Of a DNA stretch of 16,585 bases, positions 1-8,371 are shown one piece after another. The stretch lies in IMG/VR virus record IMGVR_UViG_3300032038_003322, one strand, 5' to 3'. Made by a program: the position numbers and the translations under genes. The stretch's first letter is position 1, and each line of letters opens with the position of its first letter. The stretch is from a virus. The notes beneath the pieces were generated by a model. The model saw nothing but the letters and a program-made list of their open reading frames with translations. It did no database searches and was not told where the DNA came from.

Positions 1-127
1 CGATACCTAGGTATCGAACCCGCTTGGTTCCTGCGCGCCCATAATGTCATGGGTGAGCCGGTGGGGCCTGTGGGGCTTGAACCCACGACCGGCGGATTAT
101 TACCATATGTGACTTCGTTATCGTTCT
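1..127. repeat. Terminal exact direct repeat, copy 1 (identical to 16459..16585)
   Basis: Base-by-base comparison of 1..127 with 16459..16585 shows no mismatch. Both copies are truncated only by the window ends. Confidence 0.97.
60..100 (-). other. tRNA 3' half fragment (variable loop, T-arm, acceptor 3' strand, discriminator); candidate attP core, not a complete tRNA
   Basis: The minus strand reads ATAA-TCCGC-CGGTC-GTGGG-TTCAAGC-CCCAC-AGGCCCC-A-CC. This gives T-stem GTGGG/CCCAC, T-loop TTCAAGC and acceptor 3' strand AGGCCCC. The matching 5' acceptor strand GGGGCCT and a D-arm are absent from 101..186. Confidence 0.7.
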
Positions 128-133
128 TCGCTG

Positions 134-167
134 AACGCCCCCGCATTCCGCGAGGGCGTTTGTGTTT
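134..167 (+). terminator. Candidate rho-independent terminator upstream of int, downstream of the CI-like gene and attP
   Basis: AACGCCC (134..140) pairs with GGGCGTT (154..160). An inner CGC/GCG extension and a 5-nt loop follow, then TGTGTTTG. Confidence 0.4.
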
Positions 168-186
168 GCGCACCTAGCTTCGTGAG

Positions 187-1014
187 ATGCCTAACAAACA
201 ATATCCCGCGCCGCTGTGGCGCGATGCAATCAATGGTTATCTGTCCTATCTGCGCGCGGCCGGTCAGCGGCCCGAGAGCGTGAAGACCCGATCACGGCAG
301 CTTGTGCGCCTGAGCCTCGATCTTGCCGGCACGGCCCCGGCCGATGTGACGGCGGCCGCGTTGCTGGAATGGTTCGAGTCGAAACAGTGGGCGCGCGAGA
401 CGCGCCGTAGCGCGCGCGACGCGGTGAACCTGTTCTATGAGTGGATGAAGCTCACGGGCCGCCGCTGCGATAATCCGGCGTGCGTCCTTCCGCGCGTGCG
501 GCGCACTTCGCCGTCGCCGCACCCGTGCCCCGACTCGGTGATACGCGCCGCCCTGCTGGATGCGAAGCCCGACGTGCGGCTGATGATACGCCTCGCTGCC
601 GAATGCGGCTTGAGGCGTAATGAGATCGCGCAGACGTCGGCGGCCGACGTGCTGGACGGCGGCGACGGCTATTCGCTTATCGTGCACGGCAAGGGCGGAA
701 AGCAGCGTATCGTGCCGATGCCCGACGATCTCGCGCGCGAGGTGATCGCCTATGACGGCCCGTGCTTCCGTGGCCGCTTCGGCGGCACGGTCGAAGCGTC
801 CTACGTCGGCAAGCGTGTCGGCGCGGCCTTGCCGAAGGGGTACAGCTGCCACTCGCTGCGCCATAGGTACGCGACGCGGTTGTACGCGGAAACGCGGGAC
901 ATCCTGCTTGTGTCGAAGATGCTGGGCCATACGAAGGTCGAGACGACTATGGCTTATGTCGCTTTGCCGTCCGTCGGATTGCAAGAGACGATGCGGGCGA
1001 TCTCCGTCGTGTGA
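187..1014 (+). CDS. int: Tyrosine recombinase / phage integrase (small XerC/D-like, 275 aa)
   Basis: C-terminal catalytic pattern: GLRRNEI (Arg), HGKGGKQR (Lys), HSLRHRYAT (His-x-x-Arg), LGHTKVETTMAYV (His and Tyr nucleophile). The N-terminal region is SAM-like (YLSYLRAAGQRPESVKTRSRQL). The gene sits beside the tRNA-like att fragment. Confidence 0.9.
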   Translation: MPNKQYPAPLWRDAINGYLSYLRAAGQRPESVKTRSRQLVRLSLDLAGTAPADVTAAALLEWFESKQWARETRRSARDAVNLFYEWMKLTGRRCDNPACVLPRVRRTSPSPHPCPDSVIRAALLDAKPDVRLMIRLAAECGLRRNEIAQTSAADVLDGGDGYSLIVHGKGGKQRIVPMPDDLAREVIAYDGPCFRGRFGGTVEASYVGKRVGAALPKGYSCHSLRHRYATRLYAETRDILLVSKMLGHTKVETTMAYVALPSVGLQETMRAISVV

Positions 1015-1024
1015 CCTAGAACAT

Positions 1025-1068
1025 GTTTTGGCCAAAGTTGTTGCATGTGCAACAACTTTGGCCAAAAC
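1025..1068. terminator. Bidirectional terminator hairpin between convergent int and holin genes
   Basis: GTTTTGGCCAAAGTTGTTGCA-TG-TGCAACAACTTTGGCCAAAAC forms 21-bp perfect arms. It lies 10 nt after the int stop and 3 nt after the holin stop, with a T-rich flank (TGTTTATT) on the + side. Confidence 0.7.
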
Positions 1069-1071
1069 TGT

Positions 1072-1434
1072 TTATTCCTTGTCGGGGTCTTCCGGTTCGT
1101 CCGAGGGGTGGGCGGGGAATCGGTTCATGATGCCGCCGATGTCGGGATTGATGTCGCGAAGGTTCTCAAGCACACTCACTAGCTCGGTGAGCACGATGTA
1201 CGCGCAGATCGCGCCGACGATCGGCACGTTCAGCTCGATTTCCGGCATCTTGTCGGCGGCGAGTTCGGTGAGCTGCGCGACGCCTATCAGCCCGAGGAAC
1301 GCGGCCTTGTGAAACAGGCCGTTACGCAGCGCCCGCGACTGCAAGTCGTTGTCGTGCCACGCCCTGATGAAGCCGCTGACGATGTCCGCGAGCATGAAAG
1401 CACAAGCGATGCCGATTATCCAGATGTTGGCCAC
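1072..1434 (-). CDS. Holin (120 aa)
   Basis: Lies directly downstream of the endolysin. GTG start with AAGGAG 7 nt upstream. Three hydrophobic segments (IWIIGIACAFMLADIVSGF, AAFLGLIGVAQL, VPIVGAICAYIVLTELV) and a charged acidic C-tail. Confidence 0.7.
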   Translation of the reverse strand: MANIWIIGIACAFMLADIVSGFIRAWHDNDLQSRALRNGLFHKAAFLGLIGVAQLTELAADKMPEIELNVPIVGAICAYIVLTELVSVLENLRDINPDIGGIMNRFPAHPSDEPEDPDKE

Positions 1435-1447
1435 GTCGTGAGTCTCC

Positions 1448-2392
1448 TTAGTCGATGCGGATGATCTGACCGGGGAAGATCAGGTTCGGGTTTCCGATGC
1501 CGTTCTTCCGCGCCAGCTCGATGTAGGTCGTCCCGTAGCGTGCGGCGATGCCGCTGAGCGTGTCGCCCGGCCTCACGGTGTAGGTGCGTGCCGGCGGTTT
1601 CATGCGCTCGTTGACCTTCGCCTGCACCTTTGCGGCGTCGTATCCGGCGGCGCGCAGACGGTTGACGCGGTCGGTTCCGTTGCCCCATTTGCCGGCGATG
1701 ACCTCGGCCGCGATCACGTCGAGGCTTTCCCTCGCGGGCTGCGCGGGCGCGGCCGGCAAGCCGTTCGGGTTCGCGTACTTCGCCCACTGTGCGGGCGTGA
1801 TGTACGCCTTGTCAAGATCGAGCGCGCCACCATAGCCGGGGACGCGGCCGTTGCTCGCGTACTGCCGGATGACACACGAGTACGCGCCTTCGTTCCACGG
1901 CTTGTCCTGCCATCCGGTCGCCGCGCCGCTCGCGTACTGCGCAACCCATAGACCGCAGTCGTGTCTCGCGGCGACGGGCGCGACACTGCCGAGCGCCGAC
2001 GCCATCGTGTACACGAGCGGCTTCACGCCGGACAGTCGGATGAACTCGCGCAGAAACTCGTCAAGATACGCCATGTTGCCCCATGCGGCATTGTCGTCGG
2101 CCTCCCAATCGACTGTCGCGACGCCATGACGAAAGTAGCCGCGATTGTGCTCGACGGCGAACGCGGCTTCGCGCGCCGCGCCCACACCGCGCACGTAATG
2201 GCAGAACCCGAACGGCTTGCCGCGCTTGATCGCGGCTTGAATCTTCGCGTCCGCGCCCGGCCACACACTCCTGACGATGCCGTTGGCCGTCAACTCACCG
2301 GCTCCCCACGTGGTCTGCACGATTAGGAAATCGTAATCGACCTTGTCGGCCGGGAAGTCCGCCTTCCAATTGCTGATGTCGATCCCTCTCAT
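1448..2392 (-). CDS. Endolysin: GH25 muramidase + CW_7 (Cpl-7) repeat + LysM
   Basis: The N-terminus GIDISNW..DFLIVQTTWG is GH25-like. The central VIAGKWGNGTDRVNRLRAAGYDAAKVQAKVNE matches the CW_7 motif. The C-terminal YTVRPGDTLSGIAARYG..LIFPGQIIRI is LysM. Confidence 0.9.
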   Translation of the reverse strand: MRGIDISNWKADFPADKVDYDFLIVQTTWGAGELTANGIVRSVWPGADAKIQAAIKRGKPFGFCHYVRGVGAAREAAFAVEHNRGYFRHGVATVDWEADDNAAWGNMAYLDEFLREFIRLSGVKPLVYTMASALGSVAPVAARHDCGLWVAQYASGAATGWQDKPWNEGAYSCVIRQYASNGRVPGYGGALDLDKAYITPAQWAKYANPNGLPAAPAQPARESLDVIAAEVIAGKWGNGTDRVNRLRAAGYDAAKVQAKVNERMKPPARTYTVRPGDTLSGIAARYGTTYIELARKNGIGNPNLIFPGQIIRID

Positions 2393-2417
2393 TGTCCCTT
2401 GTCCTTTCTCTTGTTGG

Positions 2418-3059
2418 TCACGATGTGACGTACTTGCGTATGTCCCCGATGTTCGCGCACGGCCATGTGAGCTGCGCGAACACGATATTGTTCTTCTTGA
2501 ACGTGAAGCCCGTCACGAAGGTTTCCAACGAAAAGCCTCGGTTCGATACCTGAAATCCGAAGTTCGCGGCGTGCTCCTCGTTCGTGTAGGCGGGGAGATG
2601 CACGAACGTAGGCGGGATGTATTCGTTCTGCGTAACCGTCCCTAGAATCCATTCGCAGTTCGATGCTGTGACCACGATGTCGCGCTTCGCCTTCGCACGG
2701 ATGTAGATGTATGGCTGCCCGAACGTTTGCCACTGCCACGATTCGACCGCCCAATCGTCATTGGTGGTCAAGTTGAAGATCACTGCGGGACGTGCGGGCC
2801 GTATCCATTTGCGCCCGTAGTACCAGTAGGGGCCGGCCTGCGCCATTTTCGTCTCGTCGCTTTCGTATACATACGCCTGCTGGCCGACGGTCGCGTTGTT
2901 CGTGTCGATGCTCGCGAGGTCGCCGCCGCTGCGCGGCCCCGCGCCGTACATCGTGGTGTCCACTGTCGTCGCCAATGCTTTCAGTTGGTCGGGTATGAGC
3001 TTGATCTGGTCGGACTTCTCGGGGTAGGGAATCGCGTAGTGGGATGTGGTCGCGCTCAT
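2418..3059 (-). CDS. Minor tail protein / putative receptor-binding protein (213 aa)
   Basis: AAGGAG RBS. It is the last structural gene before the lysis cassette. The N-terminus HYAIPYPEKSDQIKLIPDQLKALATTVD resembles conserved N-termini of actinophage minor tail/fibre proteins. Confidence 0.55.
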   Translation of the reverse strand: MSATTSHYAIPYPEKSDQIKLIPDQLKALATTVDTTMYGAGPRSGGDLASIDTNNATVGQQAYVYESDETKMAQAGPYWYYGRKWIRPARPAVIFNLTTNDDWAVESWQWQTFGQPYIYIRAKAKRDIVVTASNCEWILGTVTQNEYIPPTFVHLPAYTNEEHAANFGFQVSNRGFSLETFVTGFTFKKNNIVFAQLTWPCANIGDIRKYVTS

Positions 3060-3075
3060 GGTGGTCTCTCCTTAG

Positions 3076-4476
3076 TTATTGTGCGTTCGTGGTAAGAAAG
3101 CTCGTCGTACGGCATAGATGCCCTATGGTCGCCTCGGCCGTGAGGTATGCCGCTGTCCACGCGGATGGTATCTGCGCCCATGTGGTCGTGGCGCTCAGTG
3201 GTGTGGAGATGGGCGTGAGCGTGATGTCGTGCCTGACGTGTATCCGTTCGTGTCTCGCGTCGATGCTGAGCGTGCCGCCGATCATCGCGTACGGGCCGAT
3301 CGCGTCGAACGGTAGCTTGGTGTCGGCGAACATGATCGCGGCCAACGGGCGCGGCTGCATGTATTTCGGCTGTAGGCTTTCTGGCATGTCGTCGGCGTCC
3401 AGGGTGATGCCGGACGGTGTGAGCCGTGTGGCGATGTTGTCGATCAATGTCTTTAACGCGGTTTCGTCCGCCGTGAACGGGCTCCATGTCGTATAGTCGA
3501 TGGGCGCGGACGCGCTATGCCCGTACAACAGATCACTGTCCACGACGAGGTTCTTCACGTTGTCCCGTATCTCCTGCGGCAGCGTGTCCGATTTCACGTT
3601 GACCTCGACATCGGACACGCTCGCCGTGAACTCGACCGTATCGTTTTGGTTCCTGCGGCCCTCGGTGCGCATCGTCTTGAACTTGACTGTGACGCCGGTG
3701 TACGGCGGCAACAGCTGGAACTCGCGTGCCGAACGCGCATAGGCCGCGTCGAGCGGCTTGTACGCCTTGCCTTCTGACATCACGTAGACGCACGCGGTGG
3801 CGCGGGCGTCGAGGCATACCAGTGCTCCCGCGCCGACACGCAGCGCGCGCAGCGAATTGTCGTCCGGATGCTCGTACCACAATGGCAGCGAATAGTCCAT
3901 GAACGAATCGTGCAGCAATGTGAGCTGGGACGGGTATTCGCCCTTGAGCTGCGGCATGATGCAGTTTCGACTGCTGATGCCGAACGGCATGTCGTCCACA
4001 ATCGTCGGCGCTCCGATTGCCGTCGCGCGGCGATTCATCTCGGCTACGCGATCCGCCGGCGTCACGTTCCAGTGGAGCAGACCCTTGATGTTATTCGATA
4101 GGTCGCTCGTCGGCCCCTCGTCCCTCAACCGCTTCCACAACACCATGAGCGAGGTCGCCGTACACTGGATCTGCCAGCCGTCGCGTAGCGGCTTTACGGT
4201 CAGGCCGGCGGCGATCAGGCCGTTGAACACAACGGTGTGGCCGGGGCCGAACCATAGACGCACGCCGCGTCCGGTGAGCCATGTAGGGTTCGCGGCGAGC
4301 TCTCCGCGCAGATCGCGCAGCGTGAAGGTCATGACGCTGGGATCCGGCTGGCGCCCGACCTCGCTCGTGCCCCATTGGACGCTCGCGCCGGCGAGGGCGC
4401 ATAGGTCTGCGTGGGACGTGAGGTCGCGCCATGCACCGTTGACGTTGATTTCCAGATGCGGAATCAGGTAGGTCAT
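3076..4476 (-). CDS. Tail-tip protein in the distal-tail/baseplate position (466 aa)
   Basis: ATG at 4476 overlaps the tape-measure stop (TGATG). Its position immediately after the TMP fits this role. The upstream 587 codons of track ORF 3076..6237 are an Arg-rich out-of-frame overlap with the TMP and are excluded. Confidence 0.5.
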   Translation of the reverse strand: MTYLIPHLEINVNGAWRDLTSHADLCALAGASVQWGTSEVGRQPDPSVMTFTLRDLRGELAANPTWLTGRGVRLWFGPGHTVVFNGLIAAGLTVKPLRDGWQIQCTATSLMVLWKRLRDEGPTSDLSNNIKGLLHWNVTPADRVAEMNRRATAIGAPTIVDDMPFGISSRNCIMPQLKGEYPSQLTLLHDSFMDYSLPLWYEHPDDNSLRALRVGAGALVCLDARATACVYVMSEGKAYKPLDAAYARSAREFQLLPPYTGVTVKFKTMRTEGRRNQNDTVEFTASVSDVEVNVKSDTLPQEIRDNVKNLVVDSDLLYGHSASAPIDYTTWSPFTADETALKTLIDNIATRLTPSGITLDADDMPESLQPKYMQPRPLAAIMFADTKLPFDAIGPYAMIGGTLSIDARHERIHVRHDITLTPISTPLSATTTWAQIPSAWTAAYLTAEATIGHLCRTTSFLTTNAQ

Positions 4477-7133
4477 CAGCACCTCCTTGCCGAGTAGTCG
4501 TCGAGGATGCGGCGCAGTTCGGCGGCCGTGCCTTCCTCGTCGAGGATCTTGCCGTTGATGTTGACGGTGATGTTCGGCCGGTCGTCCTTCGTGTGGCCGA
4601 CGCCGGTCATGCTCATGTTCAACGGCATGGCGGCGAGGCTCGCGTTCGCTTTGGACACGGCGGCGCGCACGTCCGAGTCGAAGCCCTTTGTCAGGCCGCG
4701 TGCGAGGCCCTGCATGATCAGCCGTCCGTTGTTGACGAGCAGGATCTTGTCGTAGGCGGGCGGTCCTTTGTGGGCGGCGATCCAGTCGCCGAGGCCGCCG
4801 ACCCATCCGGTCACGTTGCCCCACGCGGATTTGAGGCCGTCCCATAGGCCGTTGATGATGTTCGAGCCTGCGTTCCACAGCCATTGGCCGGCGTTCGCGA
4901 AGATGTTCATGATGCTCTGCGGCAGGTTCCCGAACCAGTTGAGCACGTTGCCCCACGCGGATTTGACGCCCTCGCCCGCGTTCGTGAAGATCGTGCGGAT
5001 GCCGTTGCCGAGCCCGTTGAACGCGTTTCTGACGCCGTTGCACAGGCCGTTGAAGAAGTTCTGCACGGCCTGCCATATGGCGCGCACGCCGTTCGCGCAG
5101 CCGTCCCACGCGCCCCGGACGATGCCGACGACGTTCTGGAACATGGTCGCGATGCGCTGCCCGGTGCGCTCGAAGAAGCCGCGCACGGCGTCCCATATGC
5201 CCTTGACGGCGTCGCCGGCGGCCGACCAGTCGCCGCGTATGACGGCGCACACGGCGTCGAAGATGCCACGGATGACCTCGACGACGGTGCCGATGTAGTC
5301 CTTGACGGTCTCCCAGATCATGCGCACGTATTCGCCGGCCACGTCCCATGCGGCCGTGATCGCGGTGCACACGACCTCGAACGCCGCCTTGAGGCCGTCG
5401 AGTATCGGCTGGATCCAGTCCATGAACGTCTGCCATGCGGCCGTCACCCACTGGCATACCGCATCCCATGCCGTCTTGATCGCGTCGCACACGACTTGGA
5501 ACACGCCGGCCACGGCGTTCCATGCGTCCGTGAGGAACTGCGTGAACGCCGCCCACGCGGCGCGGCCGGTCTCGGTCTGCGTGAAGAAGTAGGTCAGGCC
5601 GGCCACGAGCGCGCCGATGGCGGTCACGACCACCATGACGGGATTCGCATTCATGACCACATTGAAGGCGGCCTGGGCGAGTTCGGCGGCCTTCGTCGCG
5701 GCCGAGAACCCTTGTATCGCGCCGACTGCGGTCTGCACGAGGCCGGCGACCTTGAACGCGGCGAAGCCGCCGCCGATCGCGGCGAGCGAGGCCACGACCG
5801 CGTCGGCGTGTGCGCCGAACCAGTCGGCGACGCGGCCGAGCGCGTCGGCGGCACCTTGGATGATGCCGGTCACGGTCTGCCATGCGCCGCCGAGCGCGGC
5901 GCCCACGCCCTCGCCTCCGGCCATGCCTTGCCAGACGCGTCCGACCGTCGCGGCGATCCTGCCGCACATGTCCCACAGGCTGCGCCCGGCCGACACGATC
6001 GCGTCCCATGCGGCGCGCGTGGCCTGAGCGGCGCCGGTGTCGCGCAGGCCGGCGGCGACCTGGCGGATCCAGTCGGTGACGTGCTGGAGTTGCACGCGTG
6101 CGCCGCCCACGAGTTCGGTGACGGTGTTGAACATCTCGCCGAAGCGGCTGCCGGCGTCGGCGGCGCCGTTGAACATGCCGTCGATGGGCAGGACGGCGGT
6201 GATCAGGTCCCATATGGCCGTGCCGACCGCCTTGCACGCGGCGGCGACGTCGGCGAGCATGACGCGGCCGGTCTTGATCGCGCCCGAGTCGGCGAACGCG
6301 GTGGCGAACGCCTTCAGGTCGCCGGTCGCCTTCGCGCTGAAGTCGGCGATCGCGTCGCCGGCCGAGCTGATCGCTCCCGTGACCATCGGCTTGAAGATGT
6401 TGAACGCGTCGGACAGGCCGCCGACGATCGCGGCCTCGAGGTTGCCGATGGCGCCCTCCATCGTCGCGGTGGAGGCGGCGGCCTCCTTCGCGACGTCGCT
6501 CATGCCCAGCTGCATGATCGCGTCGTTGAACTCGGCCGCGGTGATCTGGCCCTTCGCCATCGCGTCCCTGAAATCACCCGTGTAGGCGCCGTTCCTCTTC
6601 AGCGCCTCCTGAAGCTTGCCGGATGCGCCGGGAATCGCGTCCGACAACTGGTTCCAGTTCTCCGTGGTCAATTTTCCGGCGCCGGCGGTCTGGGTCATGA
6701 CCATCGCCACGCTTTTGAAGGTCTCGGCGTTGCCGCCGGCGACGGCGTTGAGGTTGCCGGCCGCTTCGGTCAGGCCCAGATAGTCCTTGATGCCGTTGGC
6801 GGCCAGCTGCGCGGTCATGGACTGGATGTCGTCGAGGCCGTACACCGTCGTGTCCGCGTATTTGCGGGTCGCTTTCGCGGCACGGTCGATCGCGGACGTG
6901 TCGAGGCCCGCGAATTGGAGTGTGGACTTGAACTTGTCGGTGCTGTCCGACATCGTGACCACGTCGCGGCTGAAGCCCTTGACGGTGTCCCACACCTTGC
7001 CGATGCCCTTGGTCGCGAGGTTGCCGAGCACGGTGCCGAACGCCGCCGCCTTCGTCGCGGTCTTCTCGAACGCCTTCTGGGCGTCCGCCGCGTTGCCGGT
7101 GATGCGCACCGACATGATCGCGCTATGCGCCAT
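4476..7133 (-). CDS. Tail tape measure protein (885 aa)
   Basis: GAAGGAGG RBS. The N-terminal region (TVYGLDDIQSMTAQLAANGI..TAGAGKLTTENWNQLSDAIPGA) is typical of phage TMPs. A long Trp/Phe-periodic helical repeat region follows (AWDAV, IWDAV, AWGNV). The gene follows the G/GT chaperone pair. Confidence 0.92.
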   Translation of the reverse strand: MAHSAIMSVRITGNAADAQKAFEKTATKAAAFGTVLGNLATKGIGKVWDTVKGFSRDVVTMSDSTDKFKSTLQFAGLDTSAIDRAAKATRKYADTTVYGLDDIQSMTAQLAANGIKDYLGLTEAAGNLNAVAGGNAETFKSVAMVMTQTAGAGKLTTENWNQLSDAIPGASGKLQEALKRNGAYTGDFRDAMAKGQITAAEFNDAIMQLGMSDVAKEAAASTATMEGAIGNLEAAIVGGLSDAFNIFKPMVTGAISSAGDAIADFSAKATGDLKAFATAFADSGAIKTGRVMLADVAAACKAVGTAIWDLITAVLPIDGMFNGAADAGSRFGEMFNTVTELVGGARVQLQHVTDWIRQVAAGLRDTGAAQATRAAWDAIVSAGRSLWDMCGRIAATVGRVWQGMAGGEGVGAALGGAWQTVTGIIQGAADALGRVADWFGAHADAVVASLAAIGGGFAAFKVAGLVQTAVGAIQGFSAATKAAELAQAAFNVVMNANPVMVVVTAIGALVAGLTYFFTQTETGRAAWAAFTQFLTDAWNAVAGVFQVVCDAIKTAWDAVCQWVTAAWQTFMDWIQPILDGLKAAFEVVCTAITAAWDVAGEYVRMIWETVKDYIGTVVEVIRGIFDAVCAVIRGDWSAAGDAVKGIWDAVRGFFERTGQRIATMFQNVVGIVRGAWDGCANGVRAIWQAVQNFFNGLCNGVRNAFNGLGNGIRTIFTNAGEGVKSAWGNVLNWFGNLPQSIMNIFANAGQWLWNAGSNIINGLWDGLKSAWGNVTGWVGGLGDWIAAHKGPPAYDKILLVNNGRLIMQGLARGLTKGFDSDVRAAVSKANASLAAMPLNMSMTGVGHTKDDRPNITVNINGKILDEEGTAAELRRILDDYSARRC

Positions 7134-7556
7134 ATCCGGCCTCCTTCATCCGTTCGTTCTCCTCGATCAGGGCGGCCATGCAGGTGCCCCAGTCCATTTC
7201 GTCGGCCTGCTCGCGCCATTGCCACGGCGTGCCGCCGTAGCGGGCGGCGAGCAGGCAGCTCATGCGCCCAAGGGACTCGTCGGGCCATTGGGCGAGGCCG
7301 TAGGGTTTGCGTCGGCGCCGGCCTCGACGTCCATCGCGTCCACGCGGTCGAGCCACACGTCGAACGGTTCGTCCACCTTGCCGGCGAGACGCAGCGACGC
7401 GTACGCGGCGTACAGGTTCAATCGCACGGGGGATTCGTTCATCGACCCCCAGTGCTCGCGGATCGCGTGCTCCTCCGCCATGCACAGGGCGCGCATGTTG
7501 ATACGCGTGGAGACGGCCGCGCCGTCCGTGTACGTGATCGTGATGATGGTAGCCAT
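7123..7556 (-). CDS. Tail assembly chaperone frameshift product (gpGT-like) via -1 slip at 7302..7308
   Basis: The -1 frame stays open from the slippery site to the TAG at 7123..7125 (..KPYGLAQWPDESLGRMSCLLAARYGGTPWQWREQADEMDWGTCMAALIEENERMKEAGYGA). It ends 11 nt inside the TMP start. Confidence 0.6.
7260..7556 (-). CDS. Tail assembly chaperone (gpG-like, 98 aa)
   Basis: A small acidic ORF directly upstream of the TMP, containing a slippery heptamer near its 3' end with an overlapping -1 ORF extension. Confidence 0.7.
   Translation of the reverse strand: MATIITITYTDGAAVSTRINMRALCMAEEHAIREHWGSMNESPVRLNLYAAYASLRLAGKVDEPFDVWLDRVDAMDVEAGADANPTASPNGPTSPLGA
7302..7308 (-). promoter_or_regulatory. 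-1 programmed ribosomal frameshift slippery heptamer A_AAC_CCT
   Basis: The minus strand reads gcA AAC CCT in the zero frame of the chaperone gene, fitting the X_XXY_YYZ rule. Confidence 0.6.
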
Positions 7557-7559
7557 GTC

Positions 7560-7940
7560 TTAGATGCCTTTCACTTGCTTCATGGTCTGTTCGACATACT
7601 CGGTGTAGACGCGCATCCACGCGTTCTCGCTCGCCGCGACGCCGTTGTTCACGAACAGGCGCGGCCGGATGTGGTGTGCGGGCCATCCGTAGTTGATGGG
7701 GCCGGCGTAGGGTACGGCCTTGCTGCCGGCGCGGATGACGCCGGCGCGGCGGGTCGCGCCCACGCGCACGCTGCGGCGCAGCCGGCCGGTCCTCGCCGGC
7801 GTGCGGCCGGTGACGGCGGGCAGCGCGATCTGCGCGGCCCGCCGGTTGACCTGCTTGAGCTCGTCGAGGTCGGCGCCGGCCTTGCGCATCGTGGCGACGA
7901 AACGACGGCCGCCGACGACATAGAGGGCCTTTGCGCTCAT
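7560..7940 (-). CDS. HK97 gp10-like head-tail/tail completion protein (126 aa)
   Basis: TGRLRRSVRV..AVPYAGPINYGWP..IRPRLFV matches the pattern I associate with the HK97-gp10-like family. The ATG overlaps the major tail protein stop (ATGA at 7937..7940). Confidence 0.6.
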   Translation of the reverse strand: MSAKALYVVGGRRFVATMRKAGADLDELKQVNRRAAQIALPAVTGRTPARTGRLRRSVRVGATRRAGVIRAGSKAVPYAGPINYGWPAHHIRPRLFVNNGVAASENAWMRVYTEYVEQTMKQVKGI

Positions 7941-8371
7941 GCCGTCTTCGTGCTGTGGGACAGGTCGGTGACCGGCAGGCTGATGTCCTGCTGGTTCTTG
8001 GCCTTGACGTCGCCTCCGATGCCGATCGGCGTGATCGTGGCCTTGCCCTTCCATTGCACCGCGCCGGCCGTGGCCGGGATGAACGTGAACTCGTAGGTAT
8101 TGCCGGCGTTGTCGAAGAACCATGTCGCCGCGCCGTCCTGGCTGAAATCGTCAACGATCGTGCCCTCGAGCGTCCATGTGGTATCAGTGTTCGTTTCCAC
8201 ACTGCCGTCGAGGTACGTGGTCGGGTCGTCGCTCGAGTTGCTGGGCACGAGCTGGACCTTGACGAGGTCGGCCGAAAAGTCCTTGGATGTGCCGCCCGAG
8301 CCCGAGCTGGTCGTGATCTTGAGGCTGCCGGGCCCGAGTGTGCGTACTTTGCCCGTTGTGGTTGTTGCCAT
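7937..8371 (-). CDS. Major tail protein (144 aa)
   Basis: AAGGAG RBS. Thr/Ser/Gly-rich, beta-type sequence (GPGSLKITT..DFSADLVKVQLVPS..TWTLEGTIVDDF). The gene lies upstream of the chaperones and TMP. Confidence 0.7.
   Translation of the reverse strand: MATTTTGKVRTLGPGSLKITTSSGSGGTSKDFSADLVKVQLVPSNSSDDPTTYLDGSVETNTDTTWTLEGTIVDDFSQDGAATWFFDNAGNTYEFTFIPATAGAVQWKGKATITPIGIGGDVKAKNQQDISLPVTDLSHSTKTA

Noticed and set aside
1-127. Reading the 127-bp repeats as attL/attR of an integrated prophage
   Set aside because: This is less favoured but not excluded. No host-like flank is visible, the repeat extends into non-tRNA sequence on both sides of the tRNA fragment, and an ORF and a palindrome read straight into it. 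Reads or a longer contig would be needed to exclude it.
60-135. A complete tRNA gene on the minus strand
   Set aside because: The T-arm and acceptor 3' strand are clear. However, 101..135 contains no complementary 5' acceptor strand (GGGGCCT), no D-arm and no paired anticodon stem. It is a 3' fragment only.
4477-6237. N-terminal 587 codons of track ORF 3076..6237
   Set aside because: This is an Arg-rich alternative frame overlapping the tape measure gene on the same strand. The real gene starts at the ATG at 4476, which is coupled to the TMP stop.
4884-8096. 1070-aa ORF on the + strand
   Set aside because: It lies antisense to the strongly supported tape measure, chaperone, gp10-like and major tail genes. 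Its composition is Arg/Gly/Ala/Asp/His-rich and low in complexity, as expected for stop-free antisense frames in high-GC DNA, and it has no RBS.
7557-8202. Upstream part of the 359-aa track ORF 7123..8202
   Set aside because: Only its last 60 or so codons make sense, as the -1 frameshift extension of the tail chaperone. The remainder overlaps the gp10-like and major tail genes out of frame.
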